Assembly (NCBI GenBank): GCA_044229145.1
Contig: JBGATO010000001.1
Span: forward strand, 1-64,000
Origin: Candidatus Eiseniibacteriota bacterium
GTDB lineage: Bacteria > Eisenbacteria > RBG-16-71-46 > CAZEPH01
DNA: 64,000 bases
Direction of reading: 5' to 3'
Part shown: positions 8,709-18,385 of the stretch, piece by piece
Numbering within the stretch: the stretch's first letter is position 1
How the letters are laid out: each line of letters starts with the position of its first letter
Made by a program: the position numbers and the translations under genes
Notes under the pieces: generated by a model
The model's database searches: none
What the model saw: only the letters and a program-made list of their open reading frames with translations
What the model was told of the DNA's origin: nothing

Positions 8709-9995
8709 TTACGGGGAGATGGTCCCGCCAGGCGGCGGCGTGTCGGAGCGGGCTGGCGCCACGGTGCGGCGCGGAAGCCCGGGACGCGGCACGGTGCGCC
8801 GGTCGCTCCCGTCGACGGGTACCTGAGCGTCGCGGCGGTCTCCCCCGCCGATGCGCTGCGATTCCTCGTCCGCGTCCGCGGCGGCGACGTTGTCTCCGGT
8901 CTTGTCGCGGTGAAGGCGCGCCAGCTCGGCGTAGGCGGCCGAGCGCACGGCGGGATCGGAGGCCGCTTCTGCCCCGCGGCGGTACCGCGCCGCGGCAATT
9001 TCGAAACGTCCCTCGTCTTCCTCGCGGCGAGCCAGCGCCAGTTCGAGCGCCGGATACGCCGGCGTGTCGGGAAACGCGTGCGTCACCTCTTCGTACGTCG
9101 AGAGGCGCTGGTCGCGCCACGGCCGCTGCACGGTGAGGTCGAGCGCCGCGTCGTAAGCTAGGCGGGCTTCGTTGTCCCGGCCGAGCCGCGCGGCCAAGCG
9201 CCCGCAACGCAACCACGGCTCGAGGTCATCACCGTCCAGCGACAGCGCGACGCGCCAGAACGCCAGCGCTTCCTCCAGCTTGCCCTGCCGCTCGGCCCGG
9301 CGGGCATCGGAGCGGACGCGCTCGCTGTGCGCGGCCTGCGGCAGGTGCATCAACACCCCAACCGCGGCACCCAGCAGGAAGCCGGAGAGATGGGCCCAGT
9401 GCGCCACCGCCGAGTGTGCCTGCTCGAGGCTGAAGAACCCGACCGTCGCCTCGATGATCAGCCAGGCGACGATCGCCGCCACCGCGTTGAGCGACCCGAT
9501 CCCGGGAAACTTGCGCCGCCCGACCAGGAGCGGCGGCGCGAACACCACCACCTCGGCGTTGGGAAACCGCACCAGGAAGAGTCCGAGCACGCCGGCAATC
9601 GCGCCCGAAGATCCGACGATGACCGTGTACGGGTCCGCCGGGCCACCGATCCACATCGACGCCGACTGCGCGAACAACGCCGTGACGCCGAGCGCGAGGT
9701 AGAGAATGAGGAAGCGCACCCAGCCGATGCGGTCCTCGAGCGGCGGACCGAACACCGCGAGGTACAGCATGTTGCCAGCGACGTGCCACGCGCTGGCGTG
9801 CAGGAAACACGAGGCCAGCGCCCCGTGGAAACTCGGCCGCGCCGCCGCCAGCGCCAGGTAGGTCATGATCGACAGGCCGTGCGGGTGCACCTGCAAGATC
9901 GCCCAGATGAGGACGTTGATGGTCACGAGAGCGATCGAAGCGTAGGGCGGCCGGCGCAACTCGACGCGCACCGCTACCGGGAGGACTCCGGTCAC
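8709..9995 (-). CDS. Rhomboid intramembrane serine protease with C-terminal TPR-like region
   Basis: 'FLHASAWHVAGNMLYL', catalytic 'GSSGAIAG' and 'AHLSGF'; helical TPR-like tail. Confidence 0.85.
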   Translation of the reverse strand: MTGVLPVAVRVELRRPPYASIALVTINVLIWAILQVHPHGLSIMTYLALAAARPSFHGALASCFLHASAWHVAGNMLYLAVFGPPLEDRIGWVRFLILYLALGVTALFAQSASMWIGGPADPYTVIVGSSGAIAGVLGLFLVRFPNAEVVVFAPPLLVGRRKFPGIGSLNAVAAIVAWLIIEATVGFFSLEQAHSAVAHWAHLSGFLLGAAVGVLMHLPQAAHSERVRSDARRAERQGKLEEALAFWRVALSLDGDDLEPWLRCGRLAARLGRDNEARLAYDAALDLTVQRPWRDQRLSTYEEVTHAFPDTPAYPALELALARREEDEGRFEIAAARYRRGAEAASDPAVRSAAYAELARLHRDKTGDNVAAADADEESQRIGGGDRRDAQVPVDGSDRRTVPRPGLPRRTVAPARSDTPPPGGTISP

Positions 9996-10373
9996 CGGCG
10001 GCCTCCTCGCGGTGTCCCGCGCAATGCGTCGAGTGGAGCGAGCAGGGCGTCCTCCGGCGACAAGGGGAACGCGCCAGGGCCCTCGCGGTCTCGGCGCGCT
10101 GCCGCGGGGTTATCGGCAAGTCGGCGACCCGCATGAACCTGAGCGTGGCATACGCCGTCCGACGGTCCATCGGTTCCCCCAACGGCCCGGCGGCGGTGGA
10201 CACCTCCTGAGCATGGTGCTAGTGTGCGGGGCTCTCCGCCGTGCGTGTCCCCGACCCGTGCGGCGGTCCCATTTCTCGGCGTCATGCAGGGCTCTCCCGC
10301 CCGGACGCCCAGGGGCCGGCGGCAGGCCGGCCCGCCTCCACGCCGCATCACGTCCAGGGGATCGAGTCGCGTT

Positions 10374-11648
10374 ATGAGCGCAGCCACCGACAACAAGTTG
10401 CGGGAGATGGACCCGCTCGAGAATGCCCGGCAGCAGTTCGACGAAGCTGCCGCTTTGCTTCAGCTCGACGAAGGTCTGCTGAAGTGGATCCAAGCGCCGC
10501 GTCGCCAGACGATCGTGTACCTGCCGGTGCATCTGGACAGCGGCGAATTCGCCCTGTTCACGGGCTACCGCGTGCAGCACTCGATCGTGCGCGGACCGGC
10601 CAAGGGCGGCATTCGCTACCATCCGCAGGTGACGCTGCAGGAAGTCACCGCGCTCGCCACCTGGATGACGTGGAAGAACGCGGTGGTCAACGTGCCGTTC
10701 GGCGGGGGCAAGGGCGGCATCGTCTGCGACCCGACCAAACTGACGCAGCACGACCTCGAGCGCCTCACCCGCCGCTACACCGCCGACCTCGCCGACCTCT
10801 TCGGCCCGGACCGTGACGTGCCGGCGCCGGACGTCCACACCAACGAGCAGACGATGGCGTGGGTGATGGACACCATCTCGATGCACGCGCGTAACGCCGT
10901 GACGCCGGTGGTGACCGGCAAGCCGGTGATCATGGGCGGTTCGCTCGGCCGCCGCGAAGCCACCGGCCGGGGCGTCATGCTCACGGTGCGCGAGGCCGCG
11001 AAGGTACTCGGCATCGACCTGAGCAAGGCGACGATGGCGGTGCAGGGCTTCGGGAACGTCGGCTCGATCGCCGCGGAGTTGCTGGCCGAGATCCACAAGG
11101 TCACGCTCGTCGCGGTCGGCGACGTCACCGGCAACATCGCCAACCCCAAGGGTCTCGACGTGCCGGCGCTGCTCGCACACGTCAAGAAGACCGGCGGCGT
11201 GAAGGGCTTCCCGGGCTCGAACGAGATCAGCACGGCGGAGTTGCTCGCGACGCAGTGCGACATCCTGATTCCGGCGGCGCTCGAGTGCCAGATCACCTCG
11301 GAGAACGCGGCGGCCGTGCGGGCGCGCGTGGTCGCCGAGGGCGCCAACGGCCCGTGCACCTACGCCGGCGGCAAGATCCTCGAGAAGAACGGCGTGTTCA
11401 TCATCCCGGACATCCTCTGCAATTCGGGCGGCGTGACCGTCTCGTACTTCGAGTGGGTGCAGGACCGCATCGGCATGCACTGGACCGAGCGCGAGGTGAA
11501 CGAAAAGCTCGAGGAGTACATGGTGCGCGCCTTCCACGAGGTGCACGGCATGTCGCGCGACAACAAGGTCGACATGCGCACCGCGGCAATGATGCTCGCG
11601 GTGAAGCGTGTCACCGACGTGGCGAAGTTGCGTGGCGTGTACGCCTAA
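10374..11648 (+). CDS. gdhA: Glutamate dehydrogenase (Glu/Leu/Phe/Val family)
   Basis: 'GPAKGGIRY', 'FGGGKGG', 'DVPAPDV', 'QGFGNVG', 'EGANGP', 'GGVTVSYFEW'. Confidence 0.95.
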   Translation: MSAATDNKLREMDPLENARQQFDEAAALLQLDEGLLKWIQAPRRQTIVYLPVHLDSGEFALFTGYRVQHSIVRGPAKGGIRYHPQVTLQEVTALATWMTWKNAVVNVPFGGGKGGIVCDPTKLTQHDLERLTRRYTADLADLFGPDRDVPAPDVHTNEQTMAWVMDTISMHARNAVTPVVTGKPVIMGGSLGRREATGRGVMLTVREAAKVLGIDLSKATMAVQGFGNVGSIAAELLAEIHKVTLVAVGDVTGNIANPKGLDVPALLAHVKKTGGVKGFPGSNEISTAELLATQCDILIPAALECQITSENAAAVRARVVAEGANGPCTYAGGKILEKNGVFIIPDILCNSGGVTVSYFEWVQDRIGMHWTEREVNEKLEEYMVRAFHEVHGMSRDNKVDMRTAAMMLAVKRVTDVAKLRGVYA

Positions 11649-11671
11649 GTCCGGCAGCACGCATCGCGATC

Positions 11672-11706
11672 ACGGGGAGGTCACGCCGTCCGGCGGGCCT
11701 CCCCGT
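11672..11706. terminator. Hairpin between convergent gdhA and ldcA
   Basis: ACGGGGAGG (11672-11680) pairs with CCTCCCCGT (11698-11706); no U-tract. Confidence 0.45.
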
Positions 11707-11712
11707 CGCGCA

Positions 11713-12690
11713 TCACGGACGATCGCGACGCGGCACCAGTACCGGCTCGTCGATGCGCAGCACGCCACGGCCGGCATCGAGCGTGGCGGTGACGCCGATC
11801 GGCACGGTCAGCGTGGGAAAGACGTGTCCGGCGGGCATGCCGAAGACCACCGGCACGCCGAGGCCACCGAGCACGTCGTACAGGACCTGCCGCACGGTGA
11901 GCGAACTCTTGCGACCGGTCGGCACGCAGCCGGCAAAACTCGCGCAGACGATGCCTGCGACCCCGCGCAGCTTGCCGCTCCAGGCCAGCGACAGTAGCAT
12001 CCGCTCGATGCGATGCGGCGATTCGTCGACGTCTTCGAGATACAGGATCGCGCCGCTGAGCGGTGGGTCCCACGGCGTGCCGCGCAGCGCATCGAGCATC
12101 GCGAGATTGCCGCCGAGCAGCGTCCCCTGCGCGCGTCCGGGGACGATGGCGTCCCAGGCGAACGGCCGCGGCGCCAGCGCGCCCCACGCCTTGTCGAGCG
12201 TCAGCGCGCGGAGGAGTGCGGCGGCAGACGGCGCATCCCATCCCGGCATCGAGGGCATCGGCGCTTGCAGACTGACCAGACGATGACGCGTCCACAGCGC
12301 GAGCTGCACCGCGGTGAGATCGCTGAACCCGACCACCAGTGGCCGGTGCGTGCCGAGCCGCAGCGCGTCGAGCGCGGGCAGCAGACGCATGCAGCCGCTG
12401 CCGCCGCGCATCGCGATCACGGCGCGGGCTTCGCGGTCTTCGAGCGCCTCGGACAGTTCGGCGGCGCGTGCCTCGTCGGCGCCGGCCAGGTAGCCGCGCG
12501 CGGCGCGGACCTCGCGCGGTGGCACAGGATCGAGCCCGAGCGCGCGCAGGTGCTCCACCGCGAGCCTGACGCGCGCTCGCGACACTGGACCGGCAGGCGC
12601 GACGAGCCGGACACGATCGCCCGGCCGCAGTGCCACCGGATGCGCGACTGCGCGGCGCCGGGCACGCTCGGCACCCGCACGCTCCGCCAC
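11713..12690 (-). CDS. ldcA: LD-carboxypeptidase (S66 family)
   Basis: 'LRPGDRVRLVAPAG', 'RGGSG', 'GFSD', 'GGNL', 'LEDV', 'GH'; start uncertain (GTG 12690 or 12636). Confidence 0.88.
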   Translation of the reverse strand: MAERAGAERARRRAVAHPVALRPGDRVRLVAPAGPVSRARVRLAVEHLRALGLDPVPPREVRAARGYLAGADEARAAELSEALEDREARAVIAMRGGSGCMRLLPALDALRLGTHRPLVVGFSDLTAVQLALWTRHRLVSLQAPMPSMPGWDAPSAAALLRALTLDKAWGALAPRPFAWDAIVPGRAQGTLLGGNLAMLDALRGTPWDPPLSGAILYLEDVDESPHRIERMLLSLAWSGKLRGVAGIVCASFAGCVPTGRKSSLTVRQVLYDVLGGLGVPVVFGMPAGHVFPTLTVPIGVTATLDAGRGVLRIDEPVLVPRRDRP

Positions 12691-14181
12691 CGCGGCGCCG
12701 AGCCACACGCTGCGTTCGGTCGCCGGATCGCCCGCGTAGTCCTGGCGGCGTGCGCCGTCGTCTCGCACCTCGCGTCCCCGGCGCGCCTTCTGGCGGCCTC
12801 CACGACTGTCGTGCATCCGGCCCACGCCCTCCTCGATTCGCTCGCCGCCTCGCCCGCTTGGCACGACGCGCGGCTGTCCGCCGTGGCGCTCGACGCCACT
12901 ACCGGCGACACCCTCGCCGCGCGCGGGCTCGACCGGCCGATGCCGCCGGCCTCGGTCGCCAAGCTGGCGGTGGCCGCTACAGCGCTCGCCACCCGCGGCG
13001 CGGAGGCCCGGCTGGCCACGGTGTGCCGTCTCACAGGTCACGCCGAGGGCACCACCTGGCATGGCGATCTCGTGCTGCGCGGCGGTGGAGACCCTAATCT
13101 CTCCGGGCGCTTCGCCGCTACCCCGACCGCCGCCTTCGACGCATTCGCCGACAGCCTGCGTGCTGCCGGGGTTCACCGCCTCGACGGCGATCTCATCGGC
13201 GACGCAGCGGCGTGGCACGACGAAGGGCCGGGGCCCTCGTGGCAGACCAGCGATCTCGGCGAGTGGTTCGGCGCCGTGCCGAGTGCGCTCTCCTACAACG
13301 ACAACTGCGTCGACGTGCGTGTCACGCCAGGCGCCCGCCCCGGCGATCGCGCGCTGCTCGCCGCGGTGATTCCGGGCGACGTCCTGCGCCTCCACGGCGC
13401 ACCGATCACCCTGCCGCCCGGCACGCCGTACCGCTGCGACTTCGCGCGTCGCGAGGGACGGCGGGACGCCACGGTGCGCGGGACCATCGCGATCGACTCG
13501 CCGCCGCGCACCGCGTATGCCAGTGTCCCCGATCCGGCGCGTTTCGCCATCGCGACGTTCGCGGAAGTCCTGGCGCAGCGTGGCATCGCGGTGCATGGAC
13601 ATGTGCGCGTGCGACGCGCCGGCGACCCGCCGCTGCCGCACGCGGCGCACGAATGGTCCTGGGCCTCACGGCCACTGTCCGACCTCGTGGCCGTGACCAA
13701 CACGCGCAGTCAAAACCTCCACGCGGAGCTGTTGCTGCGCGTGATCGACCCCGCATCGCCGGCGTCGCGCCTCGGCGGACTGCGAGCGATTCGCACGACG
13801 CTCGCCGGACTCGGCGTCGACACCACGGCGGTCACGCTGGACGACGCATGCGGACTGGGTCGCGCGAACCGCATCACGGCACGCGCCTGGCTCCAGCTGC
13901 TGCGCGGGATCGACGCCCAGCCTGCGTGGCGCGAGGCGTTGTGGTCGTCGCTGCCGCTGGCCGGGCGCGACAGCTGGCTGCGCTCCCTCGCCGGGACGGC
14001 CGCAGAGAATCGCGTGCGCGCCAAGACCGGCACGCTCGACGGCGTGCGCACGCTCGCAGGCCGCGCCGACACCGCAGCGGGCCACGCCATCTTCTTCGTC
14101 TTCCTCACCGACAATGCGCCCGACGCCGCGGCCCAGCGCGCCGCCTGTCGCTTCGCCGCATTGCTCGCCGCCACGCCTTAG
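12640..14181 (+). CDS. dacB: D-Ala-D-Ala carboxypeptidase/endopeptidase (PBP4, S13)
   Basis: 'PASVAK', 'GGGDP', 'SQN', 'AKTGTL'; signal-like segment; start uncertain. Confidence 0.88.
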   Translation: MRDCAAPGTLGTRTLRHRGAEPHAAFGRRIARVVLAACAVVSHLASPARLLAASTTVVHPAHALLDSLAASPAWHDARLSAVALDATTGDTLAARGLDRPMPPASVAKLAVAATALATRGAEARLATVCRLTGHAEGTTWHGDLVLRGGGDPNLSGRFAATPTAAFDAFADSLRAAGVHRLDGDLIGDAAAWHDEGPGPSWQTSDLGEWFGAVPSALSYNDNCVDVRVTPGARPGDRALLAAVIPGDVLRLHGAPITLPPGTPYRCDFARREGRRDATVRGTIAIDSPPRTAYASVPDPARFAIATFAEVLAQRGIAVHGHVRVRRAGDPPLPHAAHEWSWASRPLSDLVAVTNTRSQNLHAELLLRVIDPASPASRLGGLRAIRTTLAGLGVDTTAVTLDDACGLGRANRITARAWLQLLRGIDAQPAWREALWSSLPLAGRDSWLRSLAGTAAENRVRAKTGTLDGVRTLAGRADTAAGHAIFFVFLTDNAPDAAAQRAACRFAALLAATP

Positions 14182-14204
14182 CAAGCACCGCCGGGCACAC
14201 GAAA

Positions 14205-14228
14205 GCCCGGACGCTCACGCGCCCGGGC
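14205..14228 (-). terminator. Hairpin terminator between dacB and the PorV-like gene
   Basis: GCCCGG/CCGGGC stem, TTT following on the minus strand. Confidence 0.4.
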
Positions 14229-14252
14229 CTTCGACGATGCCGTGACGGCCGC

Positions 14253-15278
14253 TTAGAACTTCAGCGACACGCTGAACATCTGGTTGGCGTCGAACGGCGC
14301 CGCCACGTTGCGGTAGGTGTAGTCCACCGACGCGTGGCCGCGGCCGAGCGGCAGCTGCCAGCCCGCGCCCGCCGTCCAGTCGTACAGGTAGCCGTCCTGG
14401 TTCGACGCGACGTAACCGCCGCGCAGCGCCAGTTGGTTGTTCCAGAGGTACTCGCCTCCCGCGCGGTACTCGTCGCTCGAGAAGTTGTTGTTCTGGTACA
14501 CCCCGCCCAGCGTGAACTTGCTCGCCGCGCCGATGTTCCACGCCTTGGCGGCACCGAAGCTCACGTACGACGGCAGTTCGAACGCTGCCGAGGACGACGA
14601 CAGGAAGTACGGACTGGTGTTCGGGTCACCGCTGTCCGCCGGATAGCTGCGCTCGAGGTCCGCGCCGCCGAACTTCATGTTCGGGCCGATGTTCTTCATC
14701 GCGAACCCGAACGTGAGGCCCTTCCACAGCGGGTCGTACTGGAACCCGAAGTCGAAGGACAATCCGGTGGCCGACTCCTGCAGCACACGCTCCGACACGA
14801 TCGCCATGCTGCCCCCCACGCGGACGTGGTCGGTCATCTGGCGCGCGTATCCGAGTTGCGCGACGGAGAACACCGGGCTGCTGATTTCGCCCGTGCCGTC
14901 CGGCGCGTTCTCGGTGGTGACGATGATGTCGCCCACCTGGAGCGCCTTGAAGCTGGCGCCGATCGTCCCGCCCATGGCATGGCTGGTCAAACCGGCGAAC
15001 TCCACCTTCATGTCGTTCAGGTAGGTCATGTGGTCGAACACGATGTCCGTGCCTTCGCCCTGCGCGATGCCGGCAGGGTTGTAGAACATCGCTTCGACAC
15101 CGGCGGCGTCCGAGACCACGGCGCCGCCGAGTGCCAGGGCACGGGTGCCCACGGGAATGCGCAGTTCGGAAGCACCCGCCGTTCCCAGTCGGTCTTCGCC
15201 GCCGGCATGTGCCGCCGCGGCGAGGCTCATCCCGGCGAGCACGCTGACTCCCGTGATGAGGATGTGAGATGTACGCAT
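14253..15278 (-). CDS. PorV/PorQ-family outer-membrane beta-barrel
   Basis: Signal peptide; 'GTAGASELRIPVGTRALALGGA', 'FYNPAG'; amphipathic strands; terminal F. Confidence 0.82.
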   Translation of the reverse strand: MRTSHILITGVSVLAGMSLAAAAHAGGEDRLGTAGASELRIPVGTRALALGGAVVSDAAGVEAMFYNPAGIAQGEGTDIVFDHMTYLNDMKVEFAGLTSHAMGGTIGASFKALQVGDIIVTTENAPDGTGEISSPVFSVAQLGYARQMTDHVRVGGSMAIVSERVLQESATGLSFDFGFQYDPLWKGLTFGFAMKNIGPNMKFGGADLERSYPADSGDPNTSPYFLSSSSAAFELPSYVSFGAAKAWNIGAASKFTLGGVYQNNNFSSDEYRAGGEYLWNNQLALRGGYVASNQDGYLYDWTAGAGWQLPLGRGHASVDYTYRNVAAPFDANQMFSVSLKF

Positions 15279-15311
15279 TGCTTCTCCTCCTAACTGGATG
15301 ACGATGGGCGC

Positions 15312-18300
15312 CTAGAACGTGTTCAAGCGTTCCTTCTCGCCGAAGATCACGAACTGGCCCTTGGTTTCGCCAACGCCCTGGACCGACATGCGGTACATGT
15401 AGATCCCGCTCGCGACCGGAAGACTCCGCTCGGTCAGCAGGTCCCACGTCATGATGGCGTTGCCCGTCACTCCCGCGTCGTAGCCGCCGGAGGAGTTCGC
15501 TGCGTCCTTCCGCAGCGTGCGAATCAAGTCACCCGCCAGGTTGTAGATCTGGATGGTGACGTTCTTCGACGCCGGGATGTTGGTGAACTTGAGAACACGG
15601 TTGAACTGATTGGTTTCGTACCGCGAGCGCACCAGGTACGGGTTCGGCACGACGCGGACCTTCGAAAGCGCCGCGGCGCCGATGCCGAGCACGGTGCCGT
15701 CGGTGGTGCCGACCGGCTTCCCCGTCCACTCGAAGATGTCGCCCGGCAGGTTGATCGGCCGCGGGACGACACGCACCTTGGTGCCCGCCGCCGGGTAGCC
15801 GGTCGCACTGCCATCCACCGCCCAGAAGAAGAAGCGGCGCCAGGAGAGCAACGCGTAGTCGGGGTCGTAGTCGTCGGCGAGCTTGGACGTGTTGTTCCAG
15901 TCGACGTCGTCGTACGGAATGTCCCAGAAGTACATCCCGTCGCCCCAACCGTACTCGCCGGAGTTGTCCCCGTTCTCGAGCAACAGGAACGACACCCGCT
16001 TGTCATCCGACGGGTCATTCGGCGTCGCGCCGAGGTCCCACAGCTGAACCGGAATGGTGAAGGGCAGCGGTGCGTCGTCGTCGAAGTTGAACGCATGCTC
16101 GGTCGCGGCTGCGGTGAACCGGATCTCGTAGGTGTGACCCGACCCGGTCCACAGGCTCCCGATGTGACGCGGGTATTCCGGGCCCGAGTGCGCGGCGTCG
16201 GTGCGCGGCACTTCGTACCACTGGCCGGAGGAGTTGGGGTGGCTCGACCCCTCCACCGAACGAAGCGTGCCGTCCGTCAAGACTTCCGCGACGTTGATGA
16301 CCGCCGGATCCGGCCCCTTCACGCGGACCATCATCCCGTCCACGATGTTCGCGGTGTAGTCGCCGCTCTGGTCGGACTGGTTCGCCGCCCGCACCGTGTT
16401 CGTGGTCTTGTCGACGATGTCGTAGACGGTGGCGCCTTCGCTGCTCTTGAAGACCACCTGATACGTGTGGTCCTTCACCGCCGTCTGGTCGATGTAGTCG
16501 ATGTTGACGGTGCCTTCGCTCACACCGGCCTTGTGCGAGGCGGCGTCCGTGAACGTGGCGCCCGAACCCGCCGGCGTCGCGGTGTGCGACACGATCGGCG
16601 ATTCGAGATTCTCGACGATCGTCCCTACGCTATTGCCGTTGATTTCGAACGGCGCCACGTTGTTGACGTCGATCGAGTAGGCGGTGACCGCGTAGTAGTA
16701 GTCCATCCCGTTGTTGAGCGGACCGCCACGAATCGCGTCGGTGGTGAGAGCGAGGTGGTGCTCCAGCCCGGAGTTGCTGCCGTTCTGGGTGATGACGCGC
16801 TGCGTGCCGCCGGCCGTCGGGTCGAAGACGTCCGAGTAGATCGCGGCGTAGTCGTCCTCGAGGTCGTACGTGGCGATCTTCTTCCACGGTCCGGCCGCCG
16901 AGGCGCCCTGGTACACGTTGTAGCCCTGGTGCTCGAACTTCTGCCCGAGCGCCGCGTTCTCCTGCACGTTGCCCACCGCCTCGGTGCCCCAGATGAGGTC
17001 GACCTTGCCATTGAGCGGACGCACGGTGAGCGTCGGGTTCGGCGGCGGCGACGGGATGTCGAAGTTCTGGTCGAACACCTTCTGCACCGCGTCGTCGTAG
17101 TTCTTGAGCAGCGTGATGCTGGAGAGGCGGTCCGCCCCCTGCGCGACGATCACCGCCACCACGATCACCTGCGTGTCGCCCGGCGCCATGGTGAACGGTC
17201 CGGTCGACAGCATCATGCGGCGGTCGGCCGGGTTGGTGTCGAGGTCGCCGGTCTCGGTGACCGGGTCACCGGTCGCCACGAACGACGACGGCTGGCCATC
17301 GTAGTAGTAGACGTCACCCGAACCGAGGAGCCCGCGCATGTAGTTGTAGGTCTCGGCCGGGCTCTGCGGGTCGGTGCCGTTGATGTACTTGTTGAACGAC
17401 TTCATGCCGAGGCGCTCGCCGTCGACGACCGGGCCCTGCAGGAAGTCGAACCCCACCGCCGGCGGGTTCGCGTGGTACAGCTGGTCGTTGTTCGTCGCGT
17501 TGTACACGTAGCCCAAGCTGAGGGTGGTGTCGCAGCCGACGAGGTCATCCCCCGCGCCTCCGAGGTCCGGGTCGGACCACAGCGAGACGTAGGTGCTGTC
17601 GATGTTGTGCGTACTGGCGTTGGTGAGCTTGAACTTCATGAAGACGGTGTTGCCCAGCGCGCCCTGGCGGGCGAACTGGAACGCCGTCTGTTCCACCTGG
17701 ATGCCAAGCGGCGCGGTGCTGCCCGCGCGGTTGACGTGGACCGCAGGGTCGGCGTCGTTGTAGACGCTCCACAGGTCCTTGTCACCGTACAGCACCGGGG
17801 TGCCGGTGTTGTCCACCGGCGCGCCCTGCGCCCGCGCGGCGCCGCTCATCCAGCTGATGTAGTCCTCGGCCGAGGTCTTGCCTCGCTCGATGACGTAGTT
17901 GCGGAATTCCGCGGCGTCGGCTTGCGCCGCGCCGTTCAGCATCGGGCCGGTGGCGTACTCCTGCGAGTACTCGCCGACCGCGACGCGAGTCTGGCCGTTC
18001 ACCTTCCCACCGACCCACAGACCGGCGGCGAACACCGCCGTGTTCTGCGTGCCCTTCGGGTAGATGAGTCCGGCGTTGCCCGTGCTGATGTCGAACGCGT
18101 ACGAACCGTGGTTCGACACGAACATGTCGACCGTGTTGGCGTCGGCGCGTCCCGCGTTGTCGTAGGTGTTGATGCCCGCCGGGTCTTCCCGCCCTTGGCC
18201 GCCGTCCGCGACGACGTCGGCGTCGTGGCGCCGGCGCGCGGCGCGGCCTGCGCCACGCACGTGGCCAGAACCAGCGCGGCGGACGTGAGCGAGACAGCGG

Positions 18301-18343
18301 CTGCGCGCAGCCGGCGTCCCGACACTGAGAGTCCGTGTGTCAT
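15312..18343 (-). CDS. Large secreted beta-rich protein with T9SS-CTD/FlgD-Ig-like C-terminus; frameshifted near 18182
   Basis: Signal peptide from ATG 18343 (MTHGLS...AQA) is in a different frame from the ~955-aa body. C-terminus 'VRVVPNPY...IQIYNLAGDLIRTL...WDL...ASGIYMY'. Confidence 0.72.
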
Positions 18344-18385
18344 GTGAGTCCCCCTGAACATGGAGTCGTCAGACCGTCTGGCCTG

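Noticed and set aside
10110..11660. 516-aa ORF antisense to gdhA, and similar long antisense ORFs over glnA, the TonB receptor, glyA/ilvE and pcrA
   Set aside because: Expected shadow ORFs from high third-position GC; Arg/His-rich with no motifs.
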